Shown here: positions 32,120 to 42,160 of the stretch, piece by piece | How positions within the stretch are numbered: position 1 is the stretch's first letter | Layout of the letters: every line of letters begins with the position of its first letter | Assembly: GCA_963666365.2 (NCBI GenBank) | Contig: CAXXNF010000001.1 | Location: 1,280,001-1,344,000 of the forward strand | From: Syntrophales bacterium | Lineage (GTDB): Bacteria; Desulfobacterota; Syntrophia; Syntrophales; UBA2210 | DNA length: 64,000 nt | Reading direction: 5' to 3' | Notes under the pieces: generated by a model | The model's input: the letters and a program-made list of their open reading frames with translations, nothing else | Databases searched by the model: none | Told to the model about the DNA's origin: nothing | Made by a program: the position numbers and the translations under genes

Positions 32120-32779
32120 TCAGATTCGTCCGAATACAAGAATTGTTCTTCTGTCTCCGATGATCGGAAGTGCAAGCTCATGCGATTCAATCACATGAAA
32201 ATTCAGTGATTTAATTACATCATGGGCATCGCGCAACTCTTCTTTCCATGTCCTCCCTTTCATGGCAATCATCCGCCCGTCAGGAGAAAGAAAGTAATCA
32301 GCCATAGGCAGCAACTGAGCAACTTTAAAGGTCGCTCGTGTAATCACATAGTCAAAAGCGCCCCGAAGGCGATCTTCCCTCATGAGATTTTCTATGCGCC
32401 GCACCATTACGGTTGCGCCTTCCATACCGAGCGTCCGTATGACATGTTTCAGGAAGGTTCCTTTTTTGCGGGACCCATCCACAAAGGTAATTGAGAGATC
32501 ATCCCTCATGATTTTTACCGGAATCCCGGGAAAGCCGCCGCCGCTCCCCAGGTCGATCAGTGAGGCGTAACGGCCTGCCAGGTAGGGAAGAATTGTCAGG
32601 GAATCAATAATATGCTTCACCGGCAGATCGGAAGGTTCCTTAAGAGAAATGAGCGGCATTTTTTCATTCCACAGAAGCAGCTCCCGACGGAAAACGTGGA
32701 ATTGCATAAGCTCCTTCTCCCCGATTGAAATGTGGGCCGCCTTCGATGCACGCGTAACGATGTCCTGAAAGAGTTCCAT
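32120..32779 (-). CDS. rsmG: 16S rRNA m7G527 methyltransferase
   Basis: HIIDSL, DLGSGGGFPGIP, TRA, MKG; upstream of parA. Confidence 0.92.
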   Translation of the reverse strand: MELFQDIVTRASKAAHISIGEKELMQFHVFRRELLLWNEKMPLISLKEPSDLPVKHIIDSLTILPYLAGRYASLIDLGSGGGFPGIPVKIMRDDLSITFVDGSRKKGTFLKHVIRTLGMEGATVMVRRIENLMREDRLRGAFDYVITRATFKVAQLLPMADYFLSPDGRMIAMKGRTWKEELRDAHDVIKSLNFHVIESHELALPIIGDRRTILVFGRI

Positions 32780-32916
32780 GAATCTATCCTGTAGACTTTT
32801 GTAACCTGTTGGTGATATTAGGCGAAGATGCAAAGTCGTGCAATGATTTACCACAGGCCTGTGAAAAAATTGAAGGACAGGCTGCAAGGGCCTGTGTAAC
32901 GGCGGAGGAGTGTGCA

Positions 32917-33684
32917 ATGGGTGAAGGGACGGCTATGGATCACATTTCCATCGTCCTTGTGAGACCAAAATATGCGGGTAATATCGGTTCCGTGGCGCGG
33001 TGCGCGAAAAACATGGGCATTACCCGTATTATCGTGGTCAATCCACGCGAAATAGACAAAGATGAGATGAAAAAGATGGCGACTCACCTGGCCGCCGATG
33101 TCGTCGAAGGCATTCATTACGAAGATGATCTTGCCGAGGCGCTGTCGCCCTTTCAATTCATAGCGGGAACGACGGCGCGGGTAGGCGGCTCTTCATTGAG
33201 AAACGCCATGATTTCCTCGGCCGAGGCCGGGATGCGCATCGTGGAGGCTGCGCGCAGCAATCGTGTTGCCCTTCTCTTTGGGTCGGAGGACCGAGGGCTT
33301 GCCAACGATGACATCAAGCACTGTAATATTCTTGTGAAGATTCCCACCTCTGAAATGTTCAGATCCATCAATCTTTCTCATGCAGCGATGATCCTCTGTT
33401 ATGAAATATTCAAGGCGTCGCTCGAGTCCAAACCGACCTTCACCCCGCGATTAGCCACATCGGGGGAGGTCGAGGCCATGTACGATAATTTGAAGGATAT
33501 ATTCGTTAAAATCGATTTCATAAGAGATGAAAATCCCGATTACTGGATGGGAGCGATTCGAAGATTCTTTGCGCGACGGGGAGTTTTGTCACGGGAGGTA
33601 AAGATAATTCGTGGTATCTGCCGCCAGATTGAGCTTTTCGGGAAAGGCATGACATCCGGAGGAAGGGAAAGACAAAAGACTTGA
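32917..33684 (+). CDS. TrmJ/LasT family SPOUT RNA methyltransferase
   Basis: GNIGSVARCAKNMG, FGSEDRGL, SINLSHA; GGAGGAG RBS. Confidence 0.9.
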   Translation: MGEGTAMDHISIVLVRPKYAGNIGSVARCAKNMGITRIIVVNPREIDKDEMKKMATHLAADVVEGIHYEDDLAEALSPFQFIAGTTARVGGSSLRNAMISSAEAGMRIVEAARSNRVALLFGSEDRGLANDDIKHCNILVKIPTSEMFRSINLSHAAMILCYEIFKASLESKPTFTPRLATSGEVEAMYDNLKDIFVKIDFIRDENPDYWMGAIRRFFARRGVLSREVKIIRGICRQIELFGKGMTSGGRERQKT

Positions 33685-33816
33685 CTTTCCCCCTGGTTTA
33701 TAAAGAATAAAAATTTTTACGGGAAATCGCGGAATCTTGAAGGTCTTTCTTGGGGCCAAGAAAAATACGATCAGAGAACGGAAATAAAACAGAGGAAATA
33801 ATAGAGGGGTGCATAC

Positions 33817-34974
33817 ATGGGTAAGATATTTTCTTTTACGGGCGCCGGTAAGATTGTCTTTGGGCAGGGGGCGATCGCACAACTGGTTGATTGCATTGAT
33901 GAAATGGGGAAGAAGCGGCCCTTTGTGGTGATGGACAGGGGACTAGCCGCATCGGGCATAAAGGAGATGATTGCTGAACTGTTTTCAAAATACACCGGTC
34001 AGTATCAGCTTTTTGACAAGGTAGAAGGGGAACCGCCCCTCGAGCTCGCTGACGAGGGCGCCGCTCTCGCGTCCAGAGAAAAAGCGGACGTTATTGTCGG
34101 TATAGGAGGGGGAAGCGCAATGGATGTGGCAAAGGCTGTTGCCGTGCTGGTTGCACAGGGAGGAAAGGCGGTGGACTATCTCGGACTCAACAAGGTTCCC
34201 GGTCCCGGACTTCCCAAGATTATGGTTCCCACCACTGCCGGAACGGGAAGCGAGGTCACGTTTACATCGGTGTTTATACGAAAGGATCTTAAAAAAAAGG
34301 AGGGCATGAACAGTCCCTTCCTCTATCCGGAGCTGGCACTCCTCGATCCGATGCTGACGCTGACCGTGCCGCCCGAAGTGACGGCCTCGACGGGAATTGA
34401 CGCACTCTGCCACGCCATCGAATCCTACACATCCGTCATTTCCAGCCCCATGAGCGAAATGATATCCCTGGAGGCAATCGGGCTTATCGCGGCGAATCTT
34501 CGCAGCTGCGTGCACAACGGCGCCGACAGGGACGCCAGGGAGGCAATGCTTCTGGGCAGTCTCTATGCAGGACTCGGATTGGCCAATGCCGGCGTCACGG
34601 CTGTCCACTCTCTTTCTTACCCGCTGGGCGGAAGATTCGGAATTCCCCATGGGCTTGCCAATACGGTGCTTCTCCCTGCGGTCATGAGATTCAATCTCCC
34701 CGGGGCGCTGGAAAAATTTGCGATAATCGCCGATGTTATCGGGGAGGCGACCGACAATATTTCAACAAGGGACGCGGCATACCTTGCCGTGGAGGGAGTG
34801 GAGGAGTTGATTTACGACTGCGGAATTTTGAGTACCCTGGAGGCACTGGGCATAAAAAGAGAAGATTTTGACGATCTCGCAGATGTGGCCATGACGGTGG
34901 CCAGGCCCCTCGCAAACAATCCTCGTACGATATCACGGGAGGATGCCCTGGACATTTACGGGGATGCATTCTAG
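33817..34974 (+). CDS. Iron-containing alcohol dehydrogenase (possible KdnB counterpart)
   Basis: GGGSAMD, PTTAGTGSE, DALCHAIE, HSLSY, HGLAN. Confidence 0.9.
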   Translation: MGKIFSFTGAGKIVFGQGAIAQLVDCIDEMGKKRPFVVMDRGLAASGIKEMIAELFSKYTGQYQLFDKVEGEPPLELADEGAALASREKADVIVGIGGGSAMDVAKAVAVLVAQGGKAVDYLGLNKVPGPGLPKIMVPTTAGTGSEVTFTSVFIRKDLKKKEGMNSPFLYPELALLDPMLTLTVPPEVTASTGIDALCHAIESYTSVISSPMSEMISLEAIGLIAANLRSCVHNGADRDAREAMLLGSLYAGLGLANAGVTAVHSLSYPLGGRFGIPHGLANTVLLPAVMRFNLPGALEKFAIIADVIGEATDNISTRDAAYLAVEGVEELIYDCGILSTLEALGIKREDFDDLADVAMTVARPLANNPRTISREDALDIYGDAF

Positions 34975-35006
34975 AGGATCAGAACAGAACAGAGGAGAAA
35001 TAACCC

Positions 35007-36212
35007 ATGGCAGGCAATGAACTGATAGGAAAAGAAGAAAGAGAACAGGTGATGGAAGTCCTGGAAACGGGAGTTCTCATGAGATATGAATTTGACGCCC
35101 AGAGAAAGGGGGTCTATAAGGTGCGTCAATTCGAGGAGGCCTTTGCCGGTTATCTCGGATGCGGCCACGCCCTGGCGGTCACGTCCGGTTCGGCGGCCCT
35201 GAAGGTCGCCCTGACGGCCCTCGACGTGGGTCCCGGAGACGAGGTCATCGTGCCGGCCTTTGATTTTATCGCCACCTACGAAGCAGTGCTGGAAACAGGG
35301 GCGATACCGGTTATGGCCGATATCGACGATACCCTGAACCTGGCGCCTCAGGCGATCGAAGATCGACTGACCCCCTATACGAAGGCGGTGATCCCTGTCC
35401 ACATGTGCGGTGCCCCGGCACAGATTGATGAAATCATTGCGGTGGCGCAAAAACATAATCTTCTGATACTCGAAGATAACGCACAGGCCTGCGGGGGCAG
35501 CTTTCAGGGAAAGAAGCTCGGCACCTTCGGTCACATGGGTATACTGAGCTTTGACTTTTTCAAGACCATCACCACCGGTGAAGGGGGAATGGCCATCACG
35601 GACGACAAGCGCCTCTATGATCGCGCGGACTGGTATCACGATCATGGCCACGATCATAATCCTGCCGTGGGGAGAGCCCTGGAGGGGAGATCCATTCTGG
35701 GCTTCAATTTCCGTATGAACGAATTGCAGGGAGCCGTCGGTCTGGCACAGTTGGGAAAACTCGATTACATCATTGCCGAACAGAGAAAAAATAAATCACG
35801 GATCAAAGAGGCGTTGGGAGGCATTGCCGGCGTAGGGTTCAGACGTCTCGCCGATAGAGAGGGCGATACAGCCACTTTTCTTGGGTTCAATCTGCCCGAT
35901 GAGACGGGAGCGCGCGCTTTCCAGAAAGCGCTTAAGAATGAGGGTGTCGACACCATCTACTATAAGGACAACGCGTGGCATTACGCGTTGCGGTGGGAGC
36001 ATCTGATCGCAAGGGCGACGGCGAACTCGAAGCAATTTCCCTTTACAAATCCGCAGTACAAGGGGAATGTGACCTACGATGCGTCTTTCATACCGAACGC
36101 CGAGACGCTTCTGGGGAGGACGCTCTTCATGACCATACCGGTGAAAATGTCGGAAGAGCGCATGGAATCGATCGTCAGGGGAATCGAAACGGCGGGTGCG
36201 GCAGGGAGATAG
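35007..36212 (+). CDS. DegT/DnrJ/StrS aminotransferase, KdnA-like
   Basis: SFDFFKTITTGEGG PLP-lysine motif, DHGHDH, N-terminus MAGNELIGKEE. Confidence 0.88.
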   Translation: MAGNELIGKEEREQVMEVLETGVLMRYEFDAQRKGVYKVRQFEEAFAGYLGCGHALAVTSGSAALKVALTALDVGPGDEVIVPAFDFIATYEAVLETGAIPVMADIDDTLNLAPQAIEDRLTPYTKAVIPVHMCGAPAQIDEIIAVAQKHNLLILEDNAQACGGSFQGKKLGTFGHMGILSFDFFKTITTGEGGMAITDDKRLYDRADWYHDHGHDHNPAVGRALEGRSILGFNFRMNELQGAVGLAQLGKLDYIIAEQRKNKSRIKEALGGIAGVGFRRLADREGDTATFLGFNLPDETGARAFQKALKNEGVDTIYYKDNAWHYALRWEHLIARATANSKQFPFTNPQYKGNVTYDASFIPNAETLLGRTLFMTIPVKMSEERMESIVRGIETAGAAGR

Positions 36213-36229
36213 GAGAGGAAGGGAACAGA

Positions 36230-37204
36230 ATGATTATTGTAACGGGAGGCGCCGGGTTCATTGGAAGCGCCTTTGTGTGGAAACTTAATCAGGAAGGGGT
36301 TGATGATATTCTGATAGTCGATAATCTCGGCACCTCGGATAAATGGAGAAACCTTGTGCCCCTGAGATTTACCGATTATCTGCCCAAAGATCGTTTTCAA
36401 GAAATGATCCTCGCCGACCGGGCGCCGATGGATGCGACGGCGGTGATCCACATGGGCGCCTGTTCATCTACGGTTGAGCGCGACGCCGGATATCTGATGG
36501 AAAACAATTATCGTTACAGCCGCAACATTGCTGAATGGGCAGTGCGAAAGGACCTGCGTTTTATTTACGCAAGCAGTGCCGCCACCTATGGAGACGGCGC
36601 CATGGGATTTTTTGACGACAACGAAACAAGCGTTACCTTGCGTCCCATCAACATGTACGGATATTCCAAGCAGCTATTTGACCTGTGGGTCCTGCGCAAC
36701 AGGCTGGATTGGAAGATTACGGGAATCAAATTTTTCAATGTCTTCGGTCCCAATGAGTATCACAAAGGGGAAATGCGCAGTGTAATCCACAAGGCCTACG
36801 GGCAGATTCGGGAAAGGGGCGTAGTGAAACTGTTCAAGTCTCACCGGCCCGATTACGAGGACGGAGAGCAAAAGCGGGACTTTGTATATGTGAAAGATTG
36901 CGTGGAAGTGCTCTGCTGGCTCTTGGACCGGCATGACGTCACGGGCATATTTAATCTTGGCACGGGAAGCGCGCGGTCATGGAATGATTTGATCGGCGCG
37001 GTCTACGCGGCCATGAAAAGGGCACCTTCTATTGAGTATGTAGAAATGCCGGAGGCAATACGGGCACACTATCAGTATTATACGGAAGCATCGATGGAGA
37101 AGCTCAAAGCCGCGGGTTTCCCCATGTCCTTTCATACGCTGGAAGAGGCGGTAAAGGACTATGTGGTCCAGTATCTGGAGAGAGGTGAGCGATGCCTCGA
37201 GTAG
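36230..37204 (+). CDS. hldD: ADP-L-glycero-D-manno-heptose 6-epimerase
   Basis: MIIVTGGAGFIGS, GACSST, YASSAATYG, YGYSK, EYHKG. Confidence 0.94.
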   Translation: MIIVTGGAGFIGSAFVWKLNQEGVDDILIVDNLGTSDKWRNLVPLRFTDYLPKDRFQEMILADRAPMDATAVIHMGACSSTVERDAGYLMENNYRYSRNIAEWAVRKDLRFIYASSAATYGDGAMGFFDDNETSVTLRPINMYGYSKQLFDLWVLRNRLDWKITGIKFFNVFGPNEYHKGEMRSVIHKAYGQIRERGVVKLFKSHRPDYEDGEQKRDFVYVKDCVEVLCWLLDRHDVTGIFNLGTGSARSWNDLIGAVYAAMKRAPSIEYVEMPEAIRAHYQYYTEASMEKLKAAGFPMSFHTLEEAVKDYVVQYLERGERCLE

Positions 37205-37953
37205 TCTGTGTTATCCCCGCACGATATGAATCGTCGCGCTTTGCCGGCAAACCCCTTGCCGATATAGGGGGAAAGCCGATGATACAGCATGTCTACGAGG
37301 GAGCACTGCGCGCAGAAACCGTTTCTTCGGTAGTCGTCGCCACCGACGACGAGAGAATATACAGGGCAGTAGAACGCTTCGGCGGTCAGGCGATCATGAC
37401 TTCCAGACGCCATCGTTCAGGAACCGATCGCGTTGCAGAAGCCGTGGGGTCCATGGCGTTGAACGAGCGCGACATCGTGGTCAATATTCAGGGCGATCAG
37501 CCGCTCTTTGAGCCTTTGCATGTAGATGAAGTGGTGGGGCCGCTTCTGGAAGATCGGGATGTGTATTTTTGCACCCTCATCTATCGTATTCGACGGCCCG
37601 AAGAGATTCATCATCCCAATGCCGTCAAGGTTGTCTTTGACAAAGACCATTATGCACTCTATTTCTCACGGGCCACCATCCCCTTTGTTCGAGACGGAGG
37701 GGTTGAAACCCACTATTATAAACACCACGGCATCTATAGTTACAGACACAGCTTTCTGATGAAGTTTGCCGCATTGCCTGCCGGGAGTCTCGAAACACAG
37801 GAGGCCCTCGAACAGCTCAGGGCTCTTGAGCACGGGTACAGGATAAAGGTTGTGGAGACGGACTGCGATTCGGTGGAAGTGGATACTCCTGAGGAATTGG
37901 AAAGGGTGAAGGACCTCGTACTCAAGAAGCGAAGAAGTGTAAAAGGTGAGTAA
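37192..37953 (+). CDS. kdsB: CMP-Kdo synthetase
   Basis: IPARYESSRFAGKPL, SGTDR, NIQGDQP, LEQLRAL. Confidence 0.95.
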   Translation: MPRVVCVIPARYESSRFAGKPLADIGGKPMIQHVYEGALRAETVSSVVVATDDERIYRAVERFGGQAIMTSRRHRSGTDRVAEAVGSMALNERDIVVNIQGDQPLFEPLHVDEVVGPLLEDRDVYFCTLIYRIRRPEEIHHPNAVKVVFDKDHYALYFSRATIPFVRDGGVETHYYKHHGIYSYRHSFLMKFAALPAGSLETQEALEQLRALEHGYRIKVVETDCDSVEVDTPEELERVKDLVLKKRRSVKGE

Positions 37954-37955
37954 GA

Positions 37956-38600
37956 ATGCAAATTACGGAACGCCTTCATGGGTTCATTTGGCGCAATCCA
38001 GGAGAAAACAACTGTAATACATATTACCTTGAAGGTGAGCAACGCATCATAGTCGATCCGGGCCACAGGCATTTATTCGCCTACGTGGAAAGCGGCCTTG
38101 CGCAAACAGGCCTGTCAGCGGAAATGATCGATGTAGTCATCGCCACCCACGGTCATCCGGATCACATGGAGGGGGCATTGCGATTTCCTCCAGCGACGCT
38201 CTTCGGTATGGGTGGAGGGGAGTATCGTGCAATCAAGGAGATAGCAGGTGCCTATATGAATATCCCGAAACCTGCCTTTTTGCTTAAGGAGGGTACGCTT
38301 ATCCTGGGCGATATCACATTGCACGTTATTGAAACCCCCGGCCATTCCCCCGGCTCTTTATGTTTTTACTGGCCCTGGGAAAAGGCGCTTTTCTGCGGAG
38401 ATGTGCTGTTTAAAGACGGGATCGGACGAACGGACCTGCCCGGCGGCTCGGGAGCGCTTCTGAAGAAGAGCATAGAGACGCTTTCAACGCTCGATGTCGA
38501 AGTCCTGCTGCCGGGACATGGAGATATAATACGCGGAAAAGAGGCCGTACGGGAAAATTTCAGGAATATCGAGAAAAATTGGTTCGCCGTTCTTCGCTGA
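37956..38600 (+). CDS. Metallo-beta-lactamase fold hydrolase
   Basis: THGHPDH, TPGHSPGS, PGHG. Confidence 0.9.
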   Translation: MQITERLHGFIWRNPGENNCNTYYLEGEQRIIVDPGHRHLFAYVESGLAQTGLSAEMIDVVIATHGHPDHMEGALRFPPATLFGMGGGEYRAIKEIAGAYMNIPKPAFLLKEGTLILGDITLHVIETPGHSPGSLCFYWPWEKALFCGDVLFKDGIGRTDLPGGSGALLKKSIETLSTLDVEVLLPGHGDIIRGKEAVRENFRNIEKNWFAVLR

Positions 38601-38614
38601 AGATGGTCGGCCTG

Positions 38615-39133
38615 TTACGGAAGAAAGAGTGGCTTGAGACGTTCGGTAAAACGGTCTCGTGCATTGCTGTACCATTCTTGCCAGCGTTCATCATCCTCTA
38701 AGTTGGGATCAACCGCGGACCCGGAAATGCCTTGCGAAGCCAGCGATGCGCGCATGTCGCAGTCAAGATCTTTTGTAAAGGCCTTGCAGCGTTCAGTAAA
38801 CTGATGTAGTTCGAGGCGAATATCCGAAACGGATATAAAAGGAATAAGATCTAATATATCAAAAAGTCTCTCATTATCTCTGTCGGGGTCGATCCGTTCC
38901 AGCACACATTCGGCAAGTACCGCATCGGCAGTGGCGCCTTCATCCTTTTTGATGTGTTCGAGAGAGGCAGTCAGTGCGGTTTTATCGGTGAGTTGATCCA
39001 AATACCGCTGGAGATGGCCTTTGATTTTTCCTTCAATGTCTTTTCGCTTCAAGGCGGTTTTTTCATCGTCTGAAAGGGTCAAGCCTTTCGTTTTTTCCAT
39101 AATGAGATCGAGAGTGCTTTTTATTTCAGCCAT
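38615..39133 (-). CDS. Hypothetical protein
   Basis: MAEIKSTLDLIMEKT start, helical composition. Confidence 0.7.
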   Translation of the reverse strand: MAEIKSTLDLIMEKTKGLTLSDDEKTALKRKDIEGKIKGHLQRYLDQLTDKTALTASLEHIKKDEGATADAVLAECVLERIDPDRDNERLFDILDLIPFISVSDIRLELHQFTERCKAFTKDLDCDMRASLASQGISGSAVDPNLEDDERWQEWYSNARDRFTERLKPLFLP

Positions 39134-39327
39134 AGTGCCGCTTCCGGGTGGCATGATATTTAGGGTATAGACCCATAGATCCACACTGTGCATTCATAAG
39201 GTGACAGCGCCCCTTTTGTCAATAGGTAATATGGCGTTTCAGGAAGACCCGTGGTGTGTTTGCCTGTTGAAATTTGCCGGGTATCGTACTATAGGAGCAG
39301 GGTATTTACGAAGAGGAAGAGCACGAT

Positions 39328-40134
39328 ATGAAGATAATCCGATTCAGTACAAAAAAAGGAACTACCTGTTTCGGCGCGGTTGACGGAGCGGGAGAAATAA
39401 CGGCACGAATAATCGAGGGTGATATTCTGGGAGACTTTACAGTCACCGATAGAATCGAAAGGGTGGACAAAATATTGGCGCCGATTGATCCTCCTAATGT
39501 ATTTGCCCTGGGATTCAATTATAGAAAGCATGCAGAGGAAGCCAATGCCGAACCACCTGAAATACCAGAAGTATTTATGAAAGCAACAAGCAGTGTGACA
39601 GGGCACAGGGCTCAGATAATGCTCCCGAAGGCAGGGCCCCAAGAGGTGGATTATGAAGCGGAACTTGCGGTAATAATAGGAAAAACAGCAAAAAATATCA
39701 CCCCGGAGGAGGCATACAGCCATATAGTGGGATATTGTTGCGCCAATGATGTTAGTGCCAGAGACTGGCAGTGGAAAAAACAGAAGATACAGTGGGTGAG
39801 GGCAAAAAGCTTTGACACGTTCTGCCCCCTTGGACCCTGGATTGTGCCGAAGGAAGACATCGCCGATCCACACAATCTGGCCATTCGGATGTTGCTCAAC
39901 GGACAGGTGATGCAGGATTCAAATACGGCCCACATGATATTTGATGTATATCGGATCGTAAGTGACCTGAGCGCATCGGTGACACTCCTTCCCGGTACGG
40001 TCATTCTGACGGGAACCCCTGAAGGAGTGGGATTTACACGCAGGCCCCCTGTGTTTCTTTCGGAAGGGGATGAAGTGACGGTACACATAGAAGGAATCGG
40101 CATGCTTACAAACACAGTGACGACAGAAAAGTGA
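39328..40134 (+). CDS. Fumarylacetoacetate hydrolase family protein
   Basis: NYRKHA, DYEAEL, NDVSARD, KSFDTF, TGTP. Confidence 0.93.
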   Translation: MKIIRFSTKKGTTCFGAVDGAGEITARIIEGDILGDFTVTDRIERVDKILAPIDPPNVFALGFNYRKHAEEANAEPPEIPEVFMKATSSVTGHRAQIMLPKAGPQEVDYEAELAVIIGKTAKNITPEEAYSHIVGYCCANDVSARDWQWKKQKIQWVRAKSFDTFCPLGPWIVPKEDIADPHNLAIRMLLNGQVMQDSNTAHMIFDVYRIVSDLSASVTLLPGTVILTGTPEGVGFTRRPPVFLSEGDEVTVHIEGIGMLTNTVTTEK

Positions 40135-40195
40135 AGTGCGCAAGAGAGCGCTCGCTGAGAGACAGGAACGAACGGAGAAAAGAAGACAGAGGCTA

Positions 40196-41410
40196 ATGGA
40201 AAAAATGACGAAACAGGGATTCATTCAGTCAATAATGGTGTCTATGATTGTAACGTTCGCGATTTCGCTCATCGGAACCATGCTGTGTGTAACGACATCG
40301 AAGGAACCGTCTTTTTTGGATGCCCACGCGGCCGCCTCTGAGGCCGTGAGAGTCAATCCCTTTTCCTTTGCCGACCTGGCCGAGCAATTGCAGCCTGCCG
40401 TAGTGAACATCAGCACCACAAAAATCGTGTCGGCAGGAGGCTTCGGTCGGCACGACTCGCCCTTTCGAGGATCGCCCTTTGAGCAATTTTTCGAAGACGA
40501 TTTTTTCCGAAAATATTTCGGAGAAATGCCGCAAAGAAAATATAAAGAGCGGAGCCTTGGTTCGGGCTTTATTATCAGCAAGGACGGCTATATATTCACC
40601 AACAACCACGTAGTGGAACAGGCCCATGAAATTACGGTAAAACTCTCCGACGGAAAGGAATACAAGGCCGAGGTGAAGGGGGCGGATGCAAATACGGACA
40701 TCGCCCTTTTGAAGATAGATCCGAAGGACGATCTTCCCGTGGCGGCCCTGGGTGATTCAAAGGCGCTCCGCGTGGGAGAATGGGTGATGGCGATCGGGAA
40801 TCCCTTCGGCCTGTCGCAGACGGTGACCGTGGGCATCGTCAGCGCCACGGGACGGGTGATCGGCGCCGGGCCCTATGACGATTTTATACAGACCGACGCC
40901 TCCATCAATCCGGGAAACAGCGGTGGTCCCTTGTTTAATCTGTCGGGCGAGGTGGTAGGGATCAACACGGCGATTATTGCACAGGGCCAGGGGATAGGCT
41001 TTGCCATCCCGGTGGACCTTGCGAAGTCGATACTGCCCGGCCTGAAGAAGGAGGGGAAGGTGACCCGCGGCTGGCTGGGCGTATCAGTGCAGGATGTCAC
41101 CGAGGAGATCGCCGAGAGCCTGGGGCTGAAAGTGAAGGAAGGCGTGCTGGTGGCGGATGCGTTCAAGGGTGATCCGGCGGAAAAGGCGGGGATCAAGAGT
41201 GGCGACGTTATTGTGAAGGTGGACGGCAAAGACGTAAAGGATACCCACGAGCTTCTGAAAGTTGTGGCCGCCATTCCCGTAAAAAAAACAATTTTGGTGA
41301 TCGTAATTCGAGGAGGTGAGAAAAAAGAGTTTTCCGTCACTGTGTCGGAACGACCCGAAAAAAGCGCTTCCGTCAGGTCGCCCGAGAAGGATGAACATTC
41401 CTATTATTGA
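40196..41410 (+). CDS. HtrA/DegP-family serine protease with a single PDZ domain (PDZ2 deleted)
   Basis: TNNHV, TDIAL, GNSGG, one PDZ. Confidence 0.88.
   Translation: MEKMTKQGFIQSIMVSMIVTFAISLIGTMLCVTTSKEPSFLDAHAAASEAVRVNPFSFADLAEQLQPAVVNISTTKIVSAGGFGRHDSPFRGSPFEQFFEDDFFRKYFGEMPQRKYKERSLGSGFIISKDGYIFTNNHVVEQAHEITVKLSDGKEYKAEVKGADANTDIALLKIDPKDDLPVAALGDSKALRVGEWVMAIGNPFGLSQTVTVGIVSATGRVIGAGPYDDFIQTDASINPGNSGGPLFNLSGEVVGINTAIIAQGQGIGFAIPVDLAKSILPGLKKEGKVTRGWLGVSVQDVTEEIAESLGLKVKEGVLVADAFKGDPAEKAGIKSGDVIVKVDGKDVKDTHELLKVVAAIPVKKTILVIVIRGGEKKEFSVTVSERPEKSASVRSPEKDEHSYY
40690..41259 (+). repeat. Direct repeat, copy 1 (570 bp, appears identical to 47556-48125)
   Basis: Line-by-line visual comparison of the two degP genes. 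Confidence 0.9.
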
Positions 41411-41520
41411 AAAGAGGCGCGTCGAAGTTCTTTGCGGCGGTGCGCCCATAGGGGGAGCGGTTGAAAGTGAGGGTATTTGACGACGGCGGCACAAAGCGTG
41501 CGGCTGGTGAATCCGGGAAC

Positions 41521-42153
41521 ATGGCACACAGACTCGTGACCATCTACAACGCGATGAACGATCATTTCGGCGATCTCTCATGGTGGCCTGGTGAAACCGC
41601 CTTTGATGTGGCGGTAGGAGCCATCCTCACACAAAACACAAACTGGAAAAATGTCGAGCGCGCCATTGCGAATTTACGAAAGGAAAATCTTCTTCATCCC
41701 GATGCCCTCTATAAGACGGATCCGGGACGTGTGGCGGAACTGATTCGGCCGGCAGGGTTCTTTAACGTAAAGACACGCCGGCTACGGGCCTTTCTCGAAT
41801 TTCTGCAATGTAATTACGAAGGAAATATGGAAGCAATGTCCGGCGAGGAGACAGGGGCCCTTCGTAAACGGTTGCTGTCTGTCAACGGTGTCGGGGAAGA
41901 AACGGCTGACAGCATCCTGCTGTACGGATTTCAAAAGCCGGTGTTTGTCGTTGACGCATATACGCGAAGAATATTTACGCACCATGGCTTCATCGATGAA
42001 CGATGGACCTATCACGACGTTCAGCGGTTATTCATGGATAACCTGCCGCAGGACAGCGCGCTTTACAATCAGTACCATGCGCTCATTGTAGAGACGGCAA
42101 AGCGGTTTTGCAGGACGCAGCCGCTATGCATGGGGTGCCCACTGAAGCAGTGA
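41521..42153 (+). CDS. Endonuclease III-related HhH-GPD glycosylase
   Basis: ILTQNTNW, GVGEETAD, VDAYT, C-terminal Cys cluster. Confidence 0.9.
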   Translation: MAHRLVTIYNAMNDHFGDLSWWPGETAFDVAVGAILTQNTNWKNVERAIANLRKENLLHPDALYKTDPGRVAELIRPAGFFNVKTRRLRAFLEFLQCNYEGNMEAMSGEETGALRKRLLSVNGVGEETADSILLYGFQKPVFVVDAYTRRIFTHHGFIDERWTYHDVQRLFMDNLPQDSALYNQYHALIVETAKRFCRTQPLCMGCPLKQ

Positions 42154-42160
42154 GAAATGT

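Noticed and set aside
35975..36229. Long N-terminal extension of hldD in the ORF track (similarly for rsmG, trmJ and the ThDP enzyme)
   Set aside because: These overlap neighbouring genes or repeats; family-typical starts lie downstream
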